Assembly (NCBI RefSeq): GCF_001949145.1
Contig: NW_019091355.1
Location: forward strand, 2,193,107-2,257,106
Direction of reading: 5' to 3'
Length of the DNA stretch: 64,000 nucleotides
DNA from: Acanthaster planci
Taxonomy: Eukaryota
How positions within the stretch are numbered: the first letter of the stretch is position 1; each line of letters begins with the position of its first letter. This document shows, one piece after another, positions 23,501-35,519 of this stretch. The notes beneath the pieces were generated by a model. It was given only the letters and a program-made list of their open reading frames with translations, did not search any database and was not told where the DNA came from. Made by a program: the position numbers and the translations under genes.

Positions 23501-26500
23501 GGGGAAAAAATTGGGTTAATGACGGGCGAGGACTGTGCCAATCCATTTTTTCTTAATGGGAAATCGGCAAAGAAGTAATGAAGATGCCATGTGGAAAGAC
23601 ATTACGCTCCATTCGGCTGACGTACAGTATTTCTGAATGTGACACCGATGACACATGTATGAAACCCAATATGGCAGCCTTTGGTCTGGTAGGAAGATCG
23701 GAGGCCTACAAATGGTTCTGAGGTCAGAGGTGAAACTGAAGCTGTTTAGATTAAAAACAGCTCTACGAGAACAGCTCTATGAGAACAAGGCCGTTAGCAA
23801 CACCAGCGTCTCCAAAATGTGTAGATCCCACAAAATGAGTTTCACTATGTTGAGTTTGCATTAGAAAGAACAAACTAGACGCTTGTTTTGATGTATGTAC
23901 ATGTATGCTACCACTGAGTTTGGACACTACCTGGGTGAAAGCCGGTGAGGGTCCTTCTTGATTTACACCGAACAAGATTGTTTTAAAGGACTTTAACTCA
24001 TAAAAGGTTCTGCCAACCTCTAACTCATATTGATTGGCCGGGTCACAGATGTCCAAGTGCTGCACACAAAAATGAACAGCACATACGTGAACTGGCTGCT
24101 TGCTGCCACCTACAAATGAAAAGTAGACCATCCCGGCAGTACGTACGCAGACTTATCGTGTCAGGCAGGCCCCTCCCCCTTGTCTCACTTCCTCCTCCCC
24201 CTCCCTTACACACTGTAAACAAAAAAGGCTGAACACCAGCACTAAGTAAACACCGACAATAACAACATTCTGCAGTCCAACAAAAGGCCCAGCCCACGAC
24301 AACAAGGGTGCTAGGTTATGTACCGCAGGCCACTTGTCCACAGTGTATCTTTCAATTCTCCCTAGATAAGTGGCAGCCATTTGCATGTGAATGAAGACAG
24401 AGCAAGCAGTTCTCCTATCCTGAGCTGTCTCCATCCGCATTGACCGCTTGTGAAAATCAAAGTGTGTCAATTCTGCCCAATTTCATTCTTCTTTCTCTCA
24501 CCCTTTTTTCTTCAATGGTGCCAGGTGCTTTGGGCTCCCCCCCCTTGCCGGTCGATCAAGGTCAAACCTTCTCTTCCAATCCCCATCCCTTTCATGCTTT
24601 TGTCGTGGTCGGCATAACAACTGACGATTTGATGGTAAGGCTGTACAGCACTTGACAGACCCAAGCAGCCGTGCCAAGTGATGCACCTAATCAGGAGCCA
24701 GACTAAAACCTGATCATTGAAAGCTTTCATTTTTTGAAGCAACAAATATTTAAATAAATAATTAAAAAGGTATAATAAACCCCCCCAAAAAACCATCAAT
24801 ACTTTTGATTTCCTATTTCACGTAAAATAGGTACACAGCTGGGGCCAATTTCATAGAGCTGCTTAAGCACTGGATTTGTTTGAGCGCAAAAAACCTTGCT
24901 TAATAAACGAAGGTTACCAGCTCAAAATCTATGTGATTGTCATGCTAACCAAAAGACAGGTGAATACCATTCCAAACCAATATATACATGTACATCACAT
25001 GGAGTTGTTGCTGGTAACCTGATTTGTCAAGCAAGGTTTTTTCACGCTTAAGCAAATTTTGTGCTTAAGCAGCTCTAGGAAAATGAAATTGGCCCCAGCG
25101 GCATGTAGGGGCCTACACCTCAAAATTTGTTAGAAATTTCCTTTGCCACTCTATATTACAGATTTTATGTACAAGAGAATCAAAACGAAGCAGGGTTCTA
25201 GCCGTGGTGGGCGGCGCCAGGCGGCACCACCTGGTACTGCAAATTCCCCTCCCCCCACTCAGGGTTGAAAATGGTTGTGCCACCCAGCACGGATTTTCCA
25301 AAAAATGAACTAAAATATTACTGAAAATTTAAATGTACCAATTGGATCGTATTTCAAGCATCAGAAAGCATTAAAAACTGCGCTCACTATGCTTTGTAAT
25401 CCAAAACTTTACCCGGCACTAAAATGGTCCTAGCTAGAACACTGGAACAAAGTACAAGCAAACTAAATCTTTTCTTTCATTCAAAAATGAAAGGCAATCG
25501 CTGTGTGACAATAATCTCATATTACTTCCACTTTTCCAGTTTACGGCAAGGGCAATAGTGGAAACACTATTGCGAAAAAAACAGGTGTAGATTCCAATCA
25601 GGATCCAGCCCTGTGTACCCCTACAAGGCACAATGCAAAGACCATGTATTCCGTGTACACGTACACATGGTACAATGTATGTACTTGTAATCATTACTGT
25701 ACCTTTGGGGCTTAAGGTTATACATATGGATAACCAATATAACACTTCCAACACTACACGCAGACATACACTGTACTGTACACTGGTAATTCTGGGCTGC
25801 TCATTCTTACACGATGTCAAACAGATACAGCATGTTCAAGGAAACACGCCATGGATTTTTCTTTGACTCGCACTTTATGCGTCTTCATATTCTTTTTAAA
25901 CGTAGGAAACCTGTTCGAAACCTTTTTGAAGTTCAGTGTATATATTCACAAAAGGCACAAATAACCAATGTTACACATTTATGTGGAGTGCATACTGTGG
26001 TTCCCAGATGCCAGGTAGAGATGTGTGCGCCTCTCTTCACGTTAATCAGACAGTCCCACCAACAATGTCACAATTTGAAGATACACTTGCTTGGAGCACA
26101 GAGGCAGCTAGAAGTACGACTCTAGCATTCTTGCAAGTCAGGCCAGGGGTTCAAGCAGGGAGAATCTGCCTGCAGCCTTGACATCAGCCTGGAGCCTGGC
26201 TGATTGAATTATGATAAGCAGAGACCAGAAGGCTCCTTCTGCAGTAGGCCGGAGCAAGACCAAGGTGATAACATTCCACCATTTCACACGCACGCCACAA
26301 ATAATGCACAGAACAACTGGTACAACCATGGCAAGCCAGGCATCTGATTTCGTCTATTCTCACCCAGAGTTGTAAATGAGTTCTGCCTGAGTACCGAGTT
26401 GACTGCCAGAAACATGTATTACCACAGTTTGGTGATATTATTAGAGAGACTTTGGGAGACTGAATCTTGAATCAACTCGTATTGGTATTCCAAAGACAAA

Positions 26501-29500
26501 GAATTTGTTGAGTACAGAACTCAACGAGTACACTGAGTACAATGTATGAGTACTGTCAGTTTTACTGTCTCAGACATTTAATTAAAACTAAATACACTTA
26601 TCTGAAGTATCAAATGCCACAAGTTTATTTTTCTCTAACCCTGATTTTCTAATTTGCATAGTAATGAAAGAACTAATGCCAGGTCCTTATTTGGTACATT
26701 TGGTACAGTGAAGGACTTGCCCAGAACTGGACTAAAAATGAATGCCCTCCATTTTCCACACTAAAAACTGCAAACAGTTCCAAACTGAAGACGTAGCATA
26801 CATGTACCCCACAGCTTGAATGAGCTGTGTGCAACGTTGTGTGCACTATGGACAAAACTGCAAGCGAAAAGGCAGAATTTGACAGGCTTTGAAGGGCCTG
26901 GGATAGAAAACAAGTCCTGTTTACAAGTTACAACCCAATTACATGTACCGTGGCTTCAGGAGCTTTGATAAGTGATTTCCCTACCACTATTATGAATTAA
27001 ATAGAAAACGTATTCTGTGCTAACATGGTGTGCCCAATCTAATCTCTTTACATCATCTTATAGGACTTTCATACATGTACATGTGGGAAAAATGCAAACA
27101 CAAAATGTCCCAGTCTGGCTCCCGGCAGACTACAACCAAATCACAAGGGCTCTGCCGCCAACAAATCATGAATGATTTCTATTCACCCAGTCAAAGTGCC
27201 TTGTTTTTTTCTGCATCACTAATCTCAAATTTCCAGACAAAAATCTCATTTCAACTTTGAGCATAAAAGTCTTATTTCAAAACCTGAAGATCGAGGAGAG
27301 GAGAAGAAAACCGAGAAGGGAGAAAAGAGAAAAAAAAATTGTGTGATAACAATTTTCCTGGCCAAAGTCCCCAGAGAAGTAGCCTGAGGTCAGCTGGTTG
27401 CACATGGAATCCCCCGCCAAGTGATGTGCATGACTTAAAGCGAGAGGTGATGAGAGATGGGCGATATAGCCAGGGGATTACTGGGGACCGGCAGTCGCTT
27501 GCTTGCTAACTGGCTGGCTGGCTGGGAGCAGAGCTAACTGGCACAGGGAACATGTGTGACCCGGCCTAACAAAAAAATTGAGTCGCACGTCGCCAAAGCC
27601 ACTTTTGAGTCAAAGGCCTTTGAAAGCATCTCGCTCAATGCATATCAATAGGAATACTCCAAATGTATTTTCCCACTTTAAAAACGGCCCTAAGGCTAGT
27701 TTTTGAGATCTCATGTGCGCACAGTATGGGTTTGTTTGCACCTGACTGGATTTAAGCAATGAACCACTTACATGCATTCCGTTACATTCATGTACTGCAT
27801 TAACTACACGCTGGGAATAGGGGGCCAGTGGACCTCTCGGAATAACCCCCCAAATGATACCTTGCCTCCCACCAAAGCTCCAGTGGTATAAACACAATTC
27901 CATGTTGAAGCAAATCAGCAACAAACTGTGCACTGTAAGGAATGTCAGTGGTTCCCAATCCCTGCTGAACCACCACATTTGCCCGTGTTCATTTTGCAAA
28001 CAAAGACAAAAAACAAATGGTGTTTCAGGGGTGTACATGTACCTGAAAACCAGTGTACCCAATTTCCACAGTTGAAACTACCTGAAAGAGGCCACCAATG
28101 CAAACGTACCATCCTTCCAAACTCTAGATACATAACACATACTGGTACCGGGAGGCCTCAAGACACGTAGACAGACAACTGATCACCTCCATCCCCAACT
28201 TTCCCAGTGATTCCTTACTCTCTGGAAACAACAGCCCCAAATTTACCCCTCCCCCAATCTCCAAGGCCAGGGGTTCAAGGATGCCTCAAGGCGGTGACCA
28301 CTGGCCAAAAGATGACAACATGGTGATAGGGGACGGAGATTTAGGGGACGGAGATTTGGGGGACCAGGCAAGCTGGGGGGGAGGGACGGGAGCCCAACTG
28401 TCCAGTTGGTCCCTGCTGAGCAGATGTGTTTATAACTGAGCACCATGGGTCAAGTTGGACAGCTGATGCATTTCTAAGCTTAGCTGCAGTGTCCATGTCC
28501 ATGTACATGTATATGCACACTGGCATTTCAAGCAGTAGGCCCTACCACTGTTGATTTTTCTTTCTCTGACTCAAATCACCCAACAGAGGGCCTTCAAAGA
28601 CTGCAGGATCCACAAAAGGTGCAGTGTGCAGATCCGTGCACCATAGGTGCACAGAACGACGTCAGAGTACACGTCCATGTGTACACGCCTATTCCTGAAA
28701 ATAAAAACTTCCAGCAGTTTCCCCCACAAGTAGCGCACATTACAGAGCTCCCCCCTCCCCTCTCCCACAGGAGAAAAGCAGGGGGAGCTGGAATGCAGAT
28801 GGGGTTTGTGAATGTTTCGGATGATGGATTGGTCCTGTCATACGCGCACTTGCAATTCTGCTTAACTTGTACATCCGGACAGAGGAACAATGATTCCTTC
28901 AACCTCAAGTACATGTAAGTTGTAACATACACTGTACAAGCAGAAGAATAAAAACCAATAACACGTACATGTAGCAGAAACCACCTGGGACAGAGATAAA
29001 GATTAAATCCAAACAAAGGACTGGCAGTTAAGGATGAGGAAAAAAACTAACATGAGTCACGTAGGCATACATCTACGGTAGGCCAATAAACATGCCTACA
29101 TGTAAATGTTCACGTTTGTTACTGGTAGCTCAAAGGGTATAGGACTGCCACGTATGGGTAACAAAGGGAAGCCAGTTAGCATAGCGCGGTTCTTTCCTTG
29201 CTTGGCACCAATGGGGCCCGGGTTCGAGTCCCAGCTCGGCCCGGGCTTTAAGTGCATTTGGTTTCCAGTCCATAGTCACTCTCACAGGTTTTTTCCGGGC
29301 ACTCCGATATCCTTTTGCCTCTAAAACTGGGCCTTCTTCCTAACTCCGTAATGTGATGCTGATTAACAAAGGTTTTGCATAAATGCATAGTAATTGGCGC
29401 AAATGGCCTTTGTAGCTGAAAGCACCTCAAAAACAACAACAACACGTGGCTAACTGTGCACTTTCATTTAGCAAAGTGCAGACTCCCTACAAGTAGAAGC

Positions 29501-32151
29501 GCAATTCCAGAAATGAGGGGTCCAAAATTATGACATTTTTGTGTCCCTGTTACATCTGACCTTTGTAATTTGACAAGGAAATATCACCGGAATTGATTTC
29601 AAACTATTACTGTTTGTTTAACAGGTAATTTGCATTAATTCATCACTCTTAGAAATTAGAAAGTGTGCTCAGAACTTATAAAGTCATATGTCAGATGTGA
29701 CGGGGACGAGAAAAAAAGGACCCCTAATTTCTCGAATTACCCATAATCGGCTTGTGCTGTGTGACTAAATAATTCATTGCATTTGTTTGCTGGTTCCTCA
29801 TTCTAAATTCACCATCTGTTAGGCCATTACACCTGCATGTACTGTTTATGTACGTGCAGGTGCATTCATACCTTCTTTTTGGTATGCATGTACATGTACA
29901 TGTACATGCGTTGCTTGAGACCAGCCGATGTTGTTAAATATACGTGTACCTTGGACATCCGGTACACTCCAGCCAGCTCACCGTAAAAGCTCTTGATGGT
30001 TTTAGCTTCCTCTTCCCACCACCGAATGAAGCCTTTGGCACAAATACATATTTAATATAGGAGCCTATCTGGTACATGTCCATAAAACACATGGAAATAA
30101 GAGACATCTACAGGTCTTTAATCTGCATTTGGACACCAACCTGTAGAAGCCGGTGTAACTGAAACCTGTTTTGTCTATAATTGATAGCAAACTTAATGAT
30201 TAATACATGTAAGTGCGTACAGACATTTTGTAACATGTATGGGCTATATAAAAACTGACTATTATTATTAACTTTAAATTCCGTCCCTGTATTTTGCTTC
30301 CAGAGAAATGCTCACACCACCAAATCATCAGCATGCACACCCAAGCCTGACTTCTTGACACTGTCAAAAGTCCTTAACACTTGCTGGCCACACGTGGCCG
30401 TGTTTATGCCGAAAGGTTGCGCTCTGCCACCACGTGCACAGTGCTGTTGATAAACGTCTAGCCTCGCCAAGACAGATAAATTACGGACCATTTTTTTTTC
30501 CTTTCTCCCGCAAATGCGAATGTTTAGCATTTCTGAGGGAATGAGTTTGTTGGGCTCTCCCTGTCTTCAATGAGTTTGTTTCCGACAAGTACAAGTAGGC
30601 CTACATGAAATGTGCCTGAACACGTGCTTGATAGAAGAGCAGGGGTCCAATTATGTACGTACTGGTATATACATGTAGTACTGAATAAGATTAAGCAAAT
30701 TTAAAACTAGCTTTTAGATAAGGACAGCTTTTGATCAGTTTTACTCAGATTCCATGGAAAACAGTGAATGATATCCAGAATGTAGCAAATGACAATCTGT
30801 CGGGGTTGTCAGCTCCCTTCCATGACATTACACACTTTGTGTGTGTGTGAAGCAACTGCATCGTTGAGGCCAGTGAGTGCTTTGTTTCCTACAGACCAAG
30901 GTCACTGCCTCAGGCCACGGACAATTTCCTCTGGTCTTGGAGGCATTTCATCTCAGTCACAGCCAAAAGTCACTCTAGCAGCTCATGGTGCAACTGTTTC
31001 CTCTTTTCAGGTGCAAGGTCAGCTGACCAGTGACAACAGATGAGCTCTTTGTGTCAGGGCTTCTTTGTAATGCCAGAGCCGCAGATGAACATCACCAATG
31101 GTCAGCCGGGATCGGATGGCTGGACAGCCCCACGGTTGGCTGATCAACTGAGGGATCAGCTGTTGGGCAGGTGCCCTTGACTCGCTAAAGCAGCTCAAGG
31201 GAAGGCTGACCAGTAGAGAGAAAGGAGACCGTTAGTCTCCTCTGACTGATGGTCAAGTCATCAGTGGGCAATGAGGACCATAATTGAAGGCCCTTCGAGC
31301 AGACTTGTGGATGTTAGGCAGCCAACAAGACTCAGGTTGTGACCCGGTATTGAATCCCATCCAGGCTGAAATGTAGACTCAGTTTTCAATCTCCACCTAC
31401 ATGTAAATCCATGGGTTTTCCAAAGAATAGCTTCCTTCACCCAGAAAATTCTGTTTCATTTTCGCTCTCTAGGTCAGGAGTAGTGCTTGCAATTTTTTTT
31501 GGAATCCATAGTTTCATCAAAAGAGTAAGGATTACAACACACTGCAAATGTACAGACACTTTACTGCTGCATCTCGGCCCAAACTCCATGGGTATTGATG
31601 CAACAAACCCTCCTGAATCCTCCAAAATCTTCCACTGCACAGGAAACCAGTGGCACACTCCTTGTGATGCAACTATCGTGGAAAATCAAGCCCTGGATGA
31701 TGTGCAAGTAGCTGGGTTGTGCCCTTCTCAATCCTGTTCCCAAAACCTCCTGGCAGACTTGGTGCATTAGAAGGAAAAGATCTAATGAATTTGACTCCGG
31801 ACTACCGCAGAAAAGCTGGTTCATACCCCAGGTGAACACAAAAGCGCAGCAAATTTCATGTCGCAAAACACTTGCAGCTTAAGTCACTCCTGTTAAATCA
31901 CATTCAAGCAACACAAATATTTGGAAGGACATTACAATGTTGTGTTAGCTTTCACACCAAGTTCGAACCAGCCAATAGCTGCCAACTTCCCCCCCCCACT
32001 TACGTTATGGCTCCTTCGTGGATGATTCCATCCTCCCCGGTTTGTATCTGTGAGAAGCACCAGCCACCCGGTCGGAGGACGCATGTGTTGTTGGGAGCAT
32101 CTTCAGGACAGTGCTCACTACAATAACACTTCATCCCTTCCTCGGCTAGTA
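8414..32151 (-). CDS. BMPR1: BMP type I receptor (ALK3/6, BMPR1A/B/thickveins orthologue), 9 coding exons, 5'-partial: join(complement 32004-32151, 19953-20113, 14374-14485, 13835-13982, 12885-13077, 12153-12450, 9816-9991, 9258-9391, 8414-8536)
   Basis: Spliced translation is open across all 9 exons with matching phases (1493 nt). It gives a 10-Cys activin-receptor ectodomain with CCx5CN box, a TM helix, GS box [18 protein letters not shown], and kinase motifs GxGRFGEV, VAVK, RHENILGFIAADI and RYMAPE. The L45 loop [10 protein letters not shown] is ALK3/6-type, and the C-terminus is [14 protein letters not shown]. Confidence 0.95.
9258..9391 (-). CDS. BMPR1: BMPR1 exon, kinase subdomain X ([45 protein letters not shown])
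   Basis: ttcttcag acceptor, gtgagt donor; resembles GIVEEYQLPY..PSDPS.EDM...RP...NRW. Confidence 0.95.
9816..9991 (-). CDS. BMPR1: BMPR1 exon, activation segment to subdomain IX ([25 protein letters not shown]...[17 protein letters not shown])
   Basis: ttcttccag acceptor, gttggt donor; RYMAPE and [11 protein letters not shown] motifs. Confidence 0.95.
11246..11358. repeat. ~115-bp dispersed direct repeat, copy 2 (intron between kinase exons)
   Basis: Same sequence as 8140-8258 apart from two small indels and a couple of substitutions. Confidence 0.92.
12153..12450 (-). CDS. BMPR1: BMPR1 exon, L45 loop through subdomain VII ([26 protein letters not shown]...[29 protein letters not shown])
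   Basis: cag acceptor, gtatgc donor, phases 1/2; GKPAIAHRD motif. Confidence 0.96.
12885..13077 (-). CDS. BMPR1: BMPR1 exon, kinase subdomains I-IV (VQRTIAKQ...GQGRFGEVW...VAVK...RHENILG)
   Basis: Canonical type I receptor kinase N-lobe; cag acceptor, gtaggt donor; phases 0/1. Confidence 0.96.
13835..13982 (-). CDS. BMPR1: BMPR1 exon, juxtamembrane region and GS box ([49 protein letters not shown])
   Basis: Basic stop-transfer residues followed by [10 protein letters not shown]; donor gtaagt. The acceptor is a weak aag, so the 5' boundary is slightly uncertain. Confidence 0.88.
14374..14485 (-). CDS. BMPR1: BMPR1 exon, transmembrane helix ([38 protein letters not shown])
   Basis: Not in the ORF track; read manually. 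Polypyrimidine tract plus tgcag acceptor, gtgagg donor, 23-residue hydrophobic stretch, phases 1/2. Confidence 0.9.
16414..16661 (+). mobile_element. MITE family A, copy 1 (~250 bp)
   Basis: TIRs atgggtaatttcagaaattagg.gtcc / ggacccctaatttctggaattacccat; internal inverted gtccctgttacatctgac / gtcagatgtggcagggac; homologous copies at 22668 and 29498. Confidence 0.85.
19953..20113 (-). CDS. BMPR1: BMPR1 exon, ectodomain part 2 ([53 protein letters not shown])
   Basis: Acceptor ttctgcag, donor gtataa. Contains the cysteine box CCNDRPMCN. Phases 2/1 fit the neighbouring exons. Confidence 0.93.
20188..20537. mobile_element. Non-autonomous hAT-type element
   Basis: Perfect 8-bp TSD ctggcctc (20180-20187, 20538-20545); degenerate TIRs taaggatggga / tcccacccaca; repeated subterminal gtttaaatgtgtaaac.tcccacc. 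Confidence 0.75.
22668..22915 (-). mobile_element. MITE family A, copy 2 (inverted relative to copies 1 and 3)
   Basis: TIRs atgggtcattctataaattaggggtcc / ggaccccccaatttatagattgaccca; the interior matches the reverse complement of 16414-16661. Confidence 0.82.
24838..25099. mobile_element. GGGCC-ended MITE (PIF/Harbinger-like), long palindromic arms
   Basis: gctggggccaatttcat..agagctgcttaagcac / gtgcttaagcagctctag..atgaaattggccccagc; inner arms aaaccttgct..aggttaccagc / gctggtaacct..agcaaggttt. Superfamily is inferred from terminal sequence only. Confidence 0.82.
25191..25444. mobile_element. Non-autonomous hAT-type element
   Basis: TIRs cagggttctagc / gctagaacactg; flanks aaacgaag / gaacaaag (6/8 match). 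Confidence 0.65.
29166..29443 (+). mobile_element. tRNA-derived SINE
   Basis: A box-like tagcatagcgcgg (~29177), B box ggttcgagtccc (29221-29232), central ggttttttccgggcactccg resembling the V-domain SINE core, and (aac)n tail. Confidence 0.75.
29498..29744 (+). mobile_element. MITE family A, copy 3
   Basis: Colinear with 16414-16661 (gtgtccctgttacatctgacctttgt...catatgtcagatgtg...ggacccctaatttctcgaattacccat); left TIR decayed. Confidence 0.83.
32004..32151 (-). CDS. BMPR1: BMPR1 exon, ectodomain part 1 ([49 protein letters not shown])
   Basis: Acceptor tttgtacag, donor gtaagt. CYC..HCP..NNTC matches the BMPR1 ectodomain start. Phase 1 in, phase 2 out. Confidence 0.92.
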
Positions 32152-33746
32152 CTGTACAAATGACACGGGAAAAAAAGAGAAGAAAATTAGGACTGAAAGT
32201 GAACAATCAGGGCTGAAAGAAGTCTTTCAAGCAACCAATCAGCAAGCTTTAACGCATGTGCACAGACTTCTTGGCGGTAGGCCTACCAAGTCATGTACGC
32301 AATTCCATGTACATGTATGTACTCTACATACAATACATGTATATGCAGTAACTGAGTTTATGTCTATGTAATTCTATTGTGTCAGGTCATGTAAATACAT
32401 TGTATTACATTCACATGTACAGTAAGCGAACAGGTATTTACAAAACCTGATGCTACAAGTGAACTTGTGCAAGTGGGTCCATGTATACACGTGTGGGTCC
32501 ACGTACGCAAACACGTGAATACATGTATGTACATGTACTTTGTTATTTAACAACCTCCACTGAAAAAAAAACAACTCCATTTGTAGGACACCAGTTAGTT
32601 TTCTCTAAAATAACTTCCAGTCATCGCACAAATGGCCACAAAATTAATTTACATTCAGTCAGCTCTAGAGAGTTCCACTTGAAAGGAAAACAGAACATCA
32701 TTGCAGGTACCTGTAGCTTTGACTTTTTTTTTTACAGAAAATAGCTTGTAGGTATGGGTAATGTTGTCATATGATCACAAAATGCAGGAAAAAACTCTAC
32801 TCAGACTGTACATTTTAATATCCTAGCTGTCCAAAAGTATCCTCAAAAGGTAATCAAGTGTAAAAACAAAAGAAATTACCAACATGATTAGAAAAGCATA
32901 GTGCAATCCCAAGGTCAAACTTGACTACCACTTGTCTATAGGTGTGGGCATGTGCATGTACATGTCCAAGAGCCAACATGTACATGTGCAACAGGAGATA
33001 AGCACATGGATTGTAACTTGTAAAAGAATTCAAACAGAAATATTTTAAACTTACACTAGCAAGTACATGTACATGTAATGTCAGGTTTCTGAGAAATACA
33101 GACAAAACGAAGCCTACACATTGAAATCAAAGCCCTAGTTTTGCAAAACAAATCAGTTTCTTTCAGTTTTGCCTATAATTTATGTCTGGTCATGACAGGA
33201 CAACCTCTGTTTTTTAACTTGACCACCTCAAGTTAACAACCTACAGTGTAAACACAACCTGATAACCCAGCACTGGCAGAAACAACAGCACCATGATTTG
33301 ATAACCTCCCTGATGGTGGCAACCTGTGTATCAAGTATCCTGTGACAATAATCTGGCAAGGCCTTGACTGAGGGGGGGGGAGAGAAGGCAGGGAGTCATC
33401 ACAGGGGATTCGGGTAGGTGTCTGGAATTGCAGCTTGCTGCAGTTGTCTTGTCAGTGTCTTTTGCAAACCTTGTTACATGTAGGTACCAGTATACGTAAG
33501 TGGCTGTGATCAGGCTATGTGTCATGTGACCAGGCTATGTACAGTAGATCATGTGACCTTTCGAAGACACCAGGTCTAATACATGTAATAATATCATAAA
33601 AGGGAAAAAGGACTTATGGAACTGAGCATGCTTTTAAACATCTCGACAGATACTGGTGAGTCCCAGCATGTAACCGTACATTGTACATGTACGCAAAGAT
33701 GCAGCAGTAATGTACACATCATTCACATAAAACTGAACATTATAAT

Positions 33747-33925
33747 CAGGGGTGTGAGTGGCAACTTAAAATTAAAGCTGAAAACCGCTAGCAAAAAAGC
33801 TGAAATGTAAGAAGTCCCCGTATGTTTGTACCCAGGAGGTGCACAAAAAAGCTGAAATGCAGGGTCAAAATCTGATCCAAAACGAAAAGCTGAAATCAGC
33901 TCAAAAGCTGAATTTCACACCTCTG
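33747..33925. mobile_element. Short TIR element (hAT-like CAGGGG end) with reiterated aaagctgaa motifs
   Basis: caggggtgtga / tcacacctctg termini and five aaagctgaa motifs inside; no clear TSD. Confidence 0.55.
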
Positions 33926-35342
33926 ATAAAGCCAAAAAGTGGGCTTTATATGGTAATACATGTACATGTACAGGGAGTGTTCACTATTTACAAGAAGTCC
34001 ATAGCATGCACAGAAACACACAAACAGTGTTCAACTTTTCTATTAGGTATTTGACAGGTTTTGTTTATCTTGGCCTGTGGAATGTGGTCTAACCATGGTC
34101 TGACCCAGTATAAACCAACTATTGCCAATGGCTACTCACCCAGTGCATGTGATAAGGCTGGCTCAGAGCCATGGTACTAGCTAACAAGAAAAGAATGCAG
34201 GGAGGGAGTGCATTATTCTACCATCGGCCACACACATCCCAGGCCCTGCATTCACTGCCCTCCAGGAATACATGAGCTGGTTATATTCTCTCTCCTAATC
34301 ACTGGGTCCCTTGCCCCATGGTGGTATTACACCAAACGATATTTAAGGCTTGGACTGAATCACCGAATGGAATCACTTCTGTACTCAGAACTGGACTCTC
34401 GGCGGCGTATACATGTACTGTACATGTACCTTAATGACTGGAATTAGTTGATTTTCTTGCATCTTTTATCCATAATACTGAGCTTCTGAAAATGGTATAC
34501 CATCAACTGGACTTGATTGCCAAAACACTGCTTCAGTAGTTCACGCCTAATGGGAACTACTACTGAAGCATCATGGGAACTATTAAACATGTGTAGAGTG
34601 AATACATGCAGTTTATATACACGTACATGTACCTCGATAAAACACATTGCTCTGAACTGACCCTGGAGGGAATGACAAGTCCGCAAATGTCCGGATGACG
34701 TCAAAGCATGCCAGGAATGAAGCACGATGACAAGAAGTCAAGACCCACTGAACATGTGAACGTATACGCGCACAATATGCAGTTGCACTGTAATTTTGGG
34801 TCTGCTTCAAATCCCTCACAAGTGAACAAACCAGTGTTATGAAAGCAGTGGAGTACAGTAAGGAATGCTTTGTCCCAAGTTCATCTCAAACAGCTTGAGA
34901 CTGGATTGCAGACGGGATGCGGACTGACTGACTTGTGATTGACTTGCGACGCCAACCAAACGTTCAATGGTTTTTCAACTGAAAACTTCCACTCATGTTG
35001 ATGTACAACGTACACGTACATGTACAGTAAATGTACACTGACAGAAAATCCTGAAAAAAATCAAGCGCTGCGCACATTGTTTTATCCTTTAATCCTCCTT
35101 GTTGACTTGAGGAAGACTGACGGTATTGATAGGCTTCTTTTTTTATTCAAGTTGATGTTTTGAAAGTGATCATGTGCTTGTCATGGAAAAAGGAACCATT
35201 CTGAACATTAATGTTTTGCAATGGCGGCTATCGATACCATAAGAAAAAGTGTAAAAAGTACATACATGTTTGTACATGAAGAGAAGGCTTGGGGTAACAC
35301 CTTGTGGATAGATCTCTTTTGGAAGAGGTATGGTTCGGATAA

Positions 35343-35519
35343 AACTGTTGAGTGTGAACTCGAGTGTGAGTTCACAGTCACACTCGGTTCTTACGTGTGC
35401 GAGTTCACACTCACACTTGGTTCTAATGAGTGTGAGTTCACAGTCACACTCACACTCAGTTCTTATGAGCGTGAGTTCACAGTCACACTCACACTCGGTC
35501 ACAGTCACACTCAACGGTT
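35343..35519. repeat. Foldback-type repeat built from gagtgtga / tcacactc modules
   Basis: Tandem hairpin units gagtgtgagttcacagtcacactc; outer inverted ends aactgttgagtgtga / tcacactcaacggtt. Confidence 0.8.

Noticed and set aside
8414..32151. Calling the receptor a pseudogene because of its atypical kinase motifs
   Set aside because: All nine exons splice in frame with GT-AG sites, without stops or frameshifts, and most family residues are conserved.
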